In this document: positions 56,958-64,000 of the stretch, one piece after another | How the letters are laid out: every line of letters starts with the position of its first letter | How positions within the stretch are numbered: position 1 is the stretch's first letter | DNA from: Heteronotia binoei | Lineage: Eukaryota | Direction of reading: 5' to 3' | Length of the DNA stretch: 64,000 nucleotides | Assembly (NCBI RefSeq): GCF_032191835.1 | Contig: NC_083235.1 | Location: 15,872,001-15,936,000 of the forward strand | Notes under the pieces: model-generated | The model's input: the letters and a program-made list of their open reading frames with translations, nothing else | What the model was told of the DNA's origin: nothing | The model's database searches: none | Translations under genes and position numbers: made by a program

Positions 56958-59297
56958 TGAATGTGTATACATATAATAATGTTATGGAACTACATATAAT
57001 TAGTTTTGAAATAAGGTGATTATATTTGAGATGGAACCATTACCCCCCCACACACCAATGTTATAATTAAGGACAGTATGGAAACAGTCATACAAGTGCA
57101 CTTTATAACATTCAAAGTGATTCACACACAATTATTGAATAACAATCTTGTATTTGCGAAATCAGTAAATTATATAAGGTAATCCTTAACCTACATAGAT
57201 GATAATTTACTGTTGAAATTACTTATAATATATAACTTTAAAGTAATCAGAACAGATAATGCTTTGATATCTGCACTATTGTTTTGTTCTGTAGTGAAAA
57301 ATTTAGTGACTGTAAACTGTATGGCCAATATGGCCCTGGTCATAGATGCCAGGTGGATAGAAGGTCCATTTAGCCTAGTACACCTTACTTTTAATTCTGG
57401 TATTTAGGCAAAAATTCTATGGTAGACACAGACGAAAAAGAGGAGGAGATTGGATTTATACCCTGCCTTTCGCTACCCAAAGGAGTCTCAGAGTGGCTTT
57501 CAATCTCCTTTCCCTTCCCCTCCCCACAACAGACACCCTGTGAGGTAGGTGGGGCTGAGAGAGCTCTGACAGAAACTGCTCTTGAGAGGAACAGCTATGC
57601 AATAACTTGTAACTGACTCAAGGTCACATCAGAAGGTGCATGTGAAGGAGGGGGGAATCAAACCCGACTCTCCCAGATAAGAGTCCACATTTAACCACTG
57701 CACCAAACTGGCTCTCAATTCACTGCTATGTTGGCTGGGCCCAGCCCTTTTCAATAAAATGAGAAAACATGGGTGCTTCCAAAATCTTGTTACGTACTCT
57801 AGACCAATGTTTCATAATTTTCACTTTCACTGATCTAATGATCTAGTTTCATAATTTTCACTTTCACTAATGCCCACATATAATAAATCACATGGACATT
57901 TGATGACACATCCTACTTAGAATTATAATTTAGAAAAATGGGCCAGTTTTAAGTTATAAGGTCCCCATGGACATAGGAATTCTTTCACCTATATAACTAA
58001 AGGTCACATTATTCAGTTACGACACTTAAAGTGCCTGGGTGTATTTCAATTATCCAGGGTTGAATATCCAAAATGCAGTGGTACCCAACCTTTTTGGCAC
58101 CAAGGACTGGTTTTGCCACCGCTGCCATGGCCCACCGTAAGGTTGCCAAGTCCAATTTAAGAAATATCTGGGGACTTTGGGGGTGGAACCAGGAGACTTT
58201 GGGAGTGGAGCCAGGAGCAAGGGTGTGACAAACATAATTGAACTCCAAAGGGAGTTCTGACAATCACACACAAAAGGGACCACACACCTTTTAAATGCCT
58301 TCCTTCCTTAGGAAATAATGAAGGATAGGAGCACCTTCTTTTGGGGCTCATAGAATTGGACCCCCTGATCCAATCTTTTTGAAACTTGGGGGGTATTTTG
58401 GGGAGAGGCGCTGAATGCTATGCTGAAATTTGGTGCTTTTACCTCAAAAAACAGCCCCTCCAGATACCCAGATACCCACAGATCAATTCTCCATTATTTC
58501 CTATGGGACTAAGTCTTCAGAGGGAATAATAGAGTTCCCAGCAGACATTTCCCTTCCCTCCCTCCACTTTCTGATGACCCTGAAGTGGGGGGAGGGCCTC
58601 CAATCCAGGGGATCCCCTGTCCCCACGTGGGGATTGAGCAACCAACAAAGAGCAATGCAGATACTGGAGCAGAAAAACAAGGTCACAATGAACCTCTGTG
58701 AGAACCAGCCTCCAAATTAATACACTGCAAAATCCTCTTAGAAAAAAATACAAAATATTTCTTAGAATAAAACACGAATTATAACAAACCCAAAAGGAAC
58801 ATATGCCCACACCCGATGTCACCAAAGGCAAAAATATCCAATTTTCTAATGTCCAGTATTTTCCAACAGTAGTGTAGGTGAAAATTCCAAATACAAAGTC
58901 TTTCACACAGAGCGCTGCTCCTAAGAATTCCAATCCAGATTAAAAAGAGTCTTCCACGGAGTAAGGCACAAGAAGTAAGAAGTGACGCGGTAGTACTTTT
59001 TCCCACGTTTCACTATTGCTTCTACGAGCTGTACATAAATGTAAAAATACAAATACAAAAACCATACATGATATACTTAGCAAAGCACCGAATGGCTATT
59101 TTAAAAATGGGACAAACCATACCTTTCAAAAGTTTTTTCTTATTCGTATGCTGCCGCTTACACTAACATCCATTCAGTATGGTCAATTTCCTAGTCCTCT
59201 ACATGAAGCATGCATTTGTTAAATGCCAGTTGCTTGCAATTTAAAGTTCCTTAAAGATACAGCATTCAAATCAACAGTGTTACCTCCCAGGATCAGT

Positions 59298-60554
59298 CTC
59301 TCTCTCTCTCGGCTTGACTTCGCGAACCAAGATTTAAGAAGGGTGCAGTAGTCCACGTCTGCTGCAGGCTCGCTGGTGGCTGACAAGACCAATGCGGGAC
59401 AGGCAGATCCGGCCACAGTGGCTGCAGGGAAAAGTCTGATTTGGGGTTGGTGCTGTAGCAGTGCGATGCTTCCTCAATCCCCTTTTGTCCTCAAGACCAG
59501 CTATGCGTGCGTTCTCAAAGGAAGAGACAGCCTGGTGGATGGTGTGCCTCCATGCTTTGCGATCTGAGGCTAGGTCAGACCACTGGTGATGGTTGATGCG
59601 ACAGGTGCCAAGGGATTTCTTCAAGGAGTCCTTGTACCTCTTCTTTGGTGCCCCTCTATTCGATGGCCGGTGGAGAGTTCGCCATACAGGGCAATCTTGG
59701 GAAGGCGGTGGTTTTCCATCCTAGAAATATGCCCTGCCCAGCGCAGCTGCGTCTTCAACAGCAGTGCCTCGATGCTTGTAACCTCCGCCCTCTTGAGGAC
59801 TTCAGTGTTGGTCACAAAGTCACTCCAGTGGATGTTGAGGATGGTGCGAAGGCAGCGCTGATGAAAGTACTCAAGGAGTCACAGATGACGGTATAAAACC
59901 CACGATTCGGAGCCGTAGATGAGGGTTGTCATCACAACCGCTTTGTAAACATTGATCTTTGTGCCTTTTTTCAGATGCTTGTTGCTCCACACTCTTTTGT
60001 GCAGTCGGCCAAAGGCACGGTTTGCCTTTGCCAGCCTGTTGTCAATCTCCTTGTCGATCTTGGCATCTGAGGAGATGATGCACCCCAGGTAGCTGAACTG
60101 CTGGACTGTCTTCAGAACTGATTCACCCACAGTGATGCAGGGAGGGTGATAATCTTCCTGGGGTGCAGGCTGGTGGAGAACTTCTGTCTTCTTCAGACTA
60201 ACTTCTAGGCCGAATAGCTTGGCAGCCTCTGCAAAACAGGATGTCATATGCTGCAGAGCTGATACCGAGTGGGAGACGAGTGCAGCAGCATCAGCAAACA
60301 GTAGCTCTTGGATAAGTTTTTCCATTGTCTTGGAGTGAGCCTTTAGTCGCCTCAGGTTGAACAGGCTGCCATCGGTGCGATAGCGGATGTAGACACCATT
60401 GTCATCATCTAGATCTACTGCGGCTCTTTGAAGCATCATGCTAAAGAAGATCGTAAAGAGAGTTGGCGCGAGAACGCAGCCTTGCTTTACACCTGTGCCT
60501 ATTGGGAAGGGCTCCGAGAGGTCATTGCAGTGTCTGACTTGGCCTCGCTGGTCT
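59298..60554 (-). mobile_element. Young 5'-truncated RTE-clade LINE (distinct from the BovB fragments)
   Basis: RT: GVKQGCVLAPTLF, YRTDGSLFNLRRL, LLFADAAALV, YLG..IS, LIYGSESW, QLRWAGH; (GA)n tail; 13-bp TSD tcccaggatcagt (59285-59297, 60555-60567). Confidence 0.9.
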
Positions 60555-61399
60555 TCCCAGGATCAGTAATTATATTAAAAAAAACCTCTACACAGCCCAG
60601 TAAATCATACAAAAATCAATAATAGAAAACACAAAAGATCCCAATCATTGTTTAAACCCTTTGGTGCTATGGAGTGCAATAAGAAAATCCACCTCATTTC
60701 ATGTTGTAGTAACCACTTGGTGACATCGACCTTACCCTGTAATTTTATGGGAAATTTTTCAACCACAATCTAAGTGAATTGGGGTCATGTTGGAAATTTC
60801 TGTAGTGTTCCACAAGTGGAGCATCTGTCACCAAATTCTTAATTTAGACATGTTCAAGTACACGTGTATGAATGACACATGTACTTCCCAAGTATATTTT
60901 GGGGCATGGACACAACAAAATATAAATGCACTGTTTGCTAGAACAGGTTGTCGTGTTACGAAGGTATATTTTAAATCCTGTTTCTGGATGCACAAATTCC
61001 CTCAATTCCAAAGAAAGGGGGCATGCAGAACACGCCCCGCATTTAAAGTGACCTCCACTCTTGTTAATTTCACCCTTGTCTCGAGAAAAGTCTGACCTAA
61101 CCAGGACATCACCTAAATTACTAGTTCTTCTATGACCTATTTTTGGGAACTTCTGGCATCCTGGTAGATCTTATACCAGGAACTAGAATTTTTTAAGGAT
61201 GTTTTGAATAGGATATGACAAAGCAGAGTATTGGAAGGTGCATGTTAAGCCCTCTGACACTTTCGATCTAACATTAGGTTGGGAAGGAGACCCGCTCAAC
61301 ATGCAGGACCTAGTCACTTTCTTAATGCACTCACAAGCTTTCTGCAATGTGGCAGCAGGATATCCCCGACCCCAAAGCTGTCCATAAATATGATCCTTT

Positions 61400-63240
61400 T
61401 GTTTTTCAAAATCGGACAGAGTTCTGCTTGGCTCTAACCAGTTGACTAAATGGCAAACTGTTTTTCAGATGTGCCAGATGGCAAGAGTTAAAATGTAGCA
61501 GAACGCCTTTGTCTGTTGGTTTTTTGTAGGGTCTCACTGCTAAAATGTTGGCAGTAGTTTTAAACACCTGAGTATCTAAAAACGTTATAGTTTGAGTGTC
61601 TGTCTTGAAACTGAATTTAATAGATGGGTGAACGTTATTCATCCATTCCACTAAGGGTTGTAATACAGTAGCGTCAGCCAAGACCACCATTACATCATCA
61701 ATGTATCAGTGAAATCACATGGTGGAGGGCCAAAAAGGGGCGACCTCTATATTGTAAAAAAATCTTTTTTCCAGGCTATCCATGAATAAGCACGCCACAT
61801 CAGGAGAAAAGGTGCTCCCCATAGATACACCCTTCATCTGGAGGCAAAACTAATCTTCAAAACGAAAAAAATTACATTCCAATACTATAATAACCCCATT
61901 AAGAAATAGGTGGGTGGAGACATGTCAGTATGAGAATCAAAATAGATTTATGTCTCCACCCACCCTTAATGGAGTTATTAAGATCATATTCTGAGATTCA
62001 GAGTATAAGGCGGGATATAAATCCAATACCTCCTTCTACTACTACTGCTTTGTGCAAGCTTTTTGCGCTGTACTTTTGGTGGGCTGCATAATGGCCCTAG
62101 ATAAGGTACAAAGGACTGCCAACCTCAAAGGTGAGCCAATTCTGACACAACTTGTATCACTACTGTTTCTATCAATAAAGCCAGCTTTCTGACTACACTG
62201 GAAGCCTTCTTTAATTGAGGATAGCCCCAGATCTGACAATAATTAAGAAGTTACATGCCAGTGCCTGTATATAACTTTAAAAGCATTATTTATTATATTT
62301 CTGTCCCACAAATAGGCTCCTTAGATAGTATGGAGTACTGAAATACACAAGTGATGTGTTGCAGTACTTTCTCTATAAATAAGCTAGTCGTATCAGTCGA
62401 TCTAGCCTTTCCTTAACTGTTTCTGCCACTCTGCAAGGATATCCCCATTCAAGGAACTGTCTCTCTGGCCTCTTGCAATCACTTTTGAAATTCTCCTGCT
62501 TAGTCGAGTTGCATTTTATCCTTAAAAACTGGCCATTCAGAAGACTGGTGTGCAAATGCCAAAGGTGCAATGCTCTATAGAGCAATTAAGGATTTCTGTC
62601 CCTAGGTTTTGTAAATGTTCTAACCATTAATTAATTAGTACTATTTTTATACACAATTATATGTTTAAAAAGCAATACTGTTGCTATTAAACTTCCAGGA
62701 GAATTTGATTGAATCATGTAAAGTATTTATCCAAGCAAAAAATTCCTCCACAAAATCACCCTTAAAAATGTGATTAAAATGTTATCTATAAAACATTTAT
62801 GCTACTATATATTGATGGAAAGGGGGGTTGCACTTACATTTGTAAATATATTTTCCCTCCCATTAAGTCATAAAGAGATTGGTCACACGTGGCACAAATG
62901 GGCTACCCATGGCTACACTTCTACTTTGAAAAAAAAGAATGCACCCCCATATCTACAGTAATTTTTTCCAAGTATTAAATCTACCAGCCCCATCAAAAAA
63001 TAAGTTGGAGGCTGTTTTATTGGGCATAGATCCAGGTATTCTCTATAATAACTGGCTTCTTCGGGGGAAATGTTAGTGCATAACATCTGTCATCACCAAT
63101 ACAAAATAAAAGGGGACACACGTTTTATTTTTGCAATAAAATCTTTGCTGTCTCTAATACATGAAAGAGATCCATTCACAAAAGCTTTCAAAAACTGGTC
63201 TATAAATTGAGCAAGCGGCTCAAGAACTGAGCCTGACTCA
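61400..63240 (-). mobile_element. Degraded Penelope-like RT fragments (at least two insertions)
   Basis: GVSMGSTFSPDVACLFMDSLE, YIDD (61694-61705), FLD..V, YKKPTD...LHF.S.H...LK.SLPFSQ; GQFLRIK.NS...GYP (~62450-62545); GSVLEPLAQFIDQFL...IRDSKDF (~63130-63240). Confidence 0.8.
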
Positions 63241-64000
63241 GTTACTATAGGCCAGGGGTGGCCTAACTGCAGCTTGGGAACCACATGTGGCTCTTTCACG
63301 CATATTGCGTGGCTCTCAGAGCCCCCATCACCTTGCCAGCAGCTTGGAGAATACACTTAAAGTTTCTTTCTTTCCACTTCTCTCCCTCCCCTGATCCATT
63401 TGCCTTCCTTCCAGCTCTCAAACGTCTGACATTTATTCAATGTGTCTCTTACATTAAGCAAGTTTGGCTGCCTCTGCTATAGGTCTTCCCAGTGGGGAAA
63501 CCCAGGTTTGTGAATTTTGGGAAGTATACAGAATAGTGGCACCCTGGGATATTCCCGAACTAAAAAATTAGAAGTGGGCTCATCTATAAGACCCAAAATC
63601 AAAGCCTCTCCCACCGCTATCTTAATTACTCCTGTAATATGCATGGTGTGATTCTATCGATCATGATGTAGCAGGAACAATTCTCCAAGTTGCATCTAAT
63701 CCCCCACCCCCACCCCCAGCAAGATACCAAAGGTTTTTTTGAGGGACAAAAGTGCTTACAAAATAAATTAAATCTATGAAATCTCATATAGTACTTGTGA
63801 AACTCAAATAAAATAATGCAGTTATAGCAGGAAGTTAACATTCTAAGTGTTCAAAATTACCATAGTGAGAATATTCATATAGAGTTTTAAAATACATGAA
63901 CAGTAGTGACACAGGAGATCAAGAGTCTGCTTCCCAATGAACAGTTTACCAATTAACCAAGAATAACATCTTGCTCCACCCCAAGCCCAGAAAAGAAGAA

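Noticed and set aside
58690-59050. Possible L1/Tx1 ORF2 zinc-knuckle remnant on the minus strand (similar weak hint at ~35800-36080)
   Set aside because: Only weak, frameshifted motif resemblance; not supportable without a search.
1-64000. H/P-element-type OR enhancer core (AACTTTTTAATGA) or a wholly new multi-gene system
   Set aside because: No exact 13-mer was seen on a manual scan (not exhaustive), and all substantial coding capacity is explained by ORs and transposons.

Overview
Eukaryotic (vertebrate) genomic DNA, almost certainly a squamate reptile and probably a gecko. This is inferred from the repeat landscape: Sauria SINEs, Squam3-like SINEs, CR1, L2, BovB/RTE, Penelope-like elements and abundant hAT and PIF/Harbinger MITEs. 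The window is part of a class II olfactory receptor (OR) cluster with five single-exon OR coding regions, all on the + strand: OR1L-like (9619-10545, intact); a second OR1L-like copy (21228-22176) broken by about 10 single-base indels that look like sequencing errors beside a gap; OR1Q-like (29973-30908); OR5C1-like (42397-43320); and OR12-like (53580-54518). From recalled mammalian sequences, this family mix matches the human 9q33.2 / mouse chr2 OR cluster. Much of the intergenic DNA is transposon-derived and often nested; there are two assembly gaps (20611-21090, 54683-54869). I found no bacterial-type features and no clearly new multi-gene system. The best leads are: (i) a non-repeat ~200-bp module with O/E(EBF)- and homeodomain-like sites found once upstream of each OR1L paralog (candidate promoter); (ii) minimal hammerhead-ribozyme relics in Penelope termini; (iii) a multi-arm palindromic Harbinger-like MITE; (iv) transposons inserted directly at OR splice-acceptor and stop-codon positions; (v) indels in the receptors themselves. 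Repeat family names come from recognition, not from a database search, and element ends without a stated TSD are approximate.
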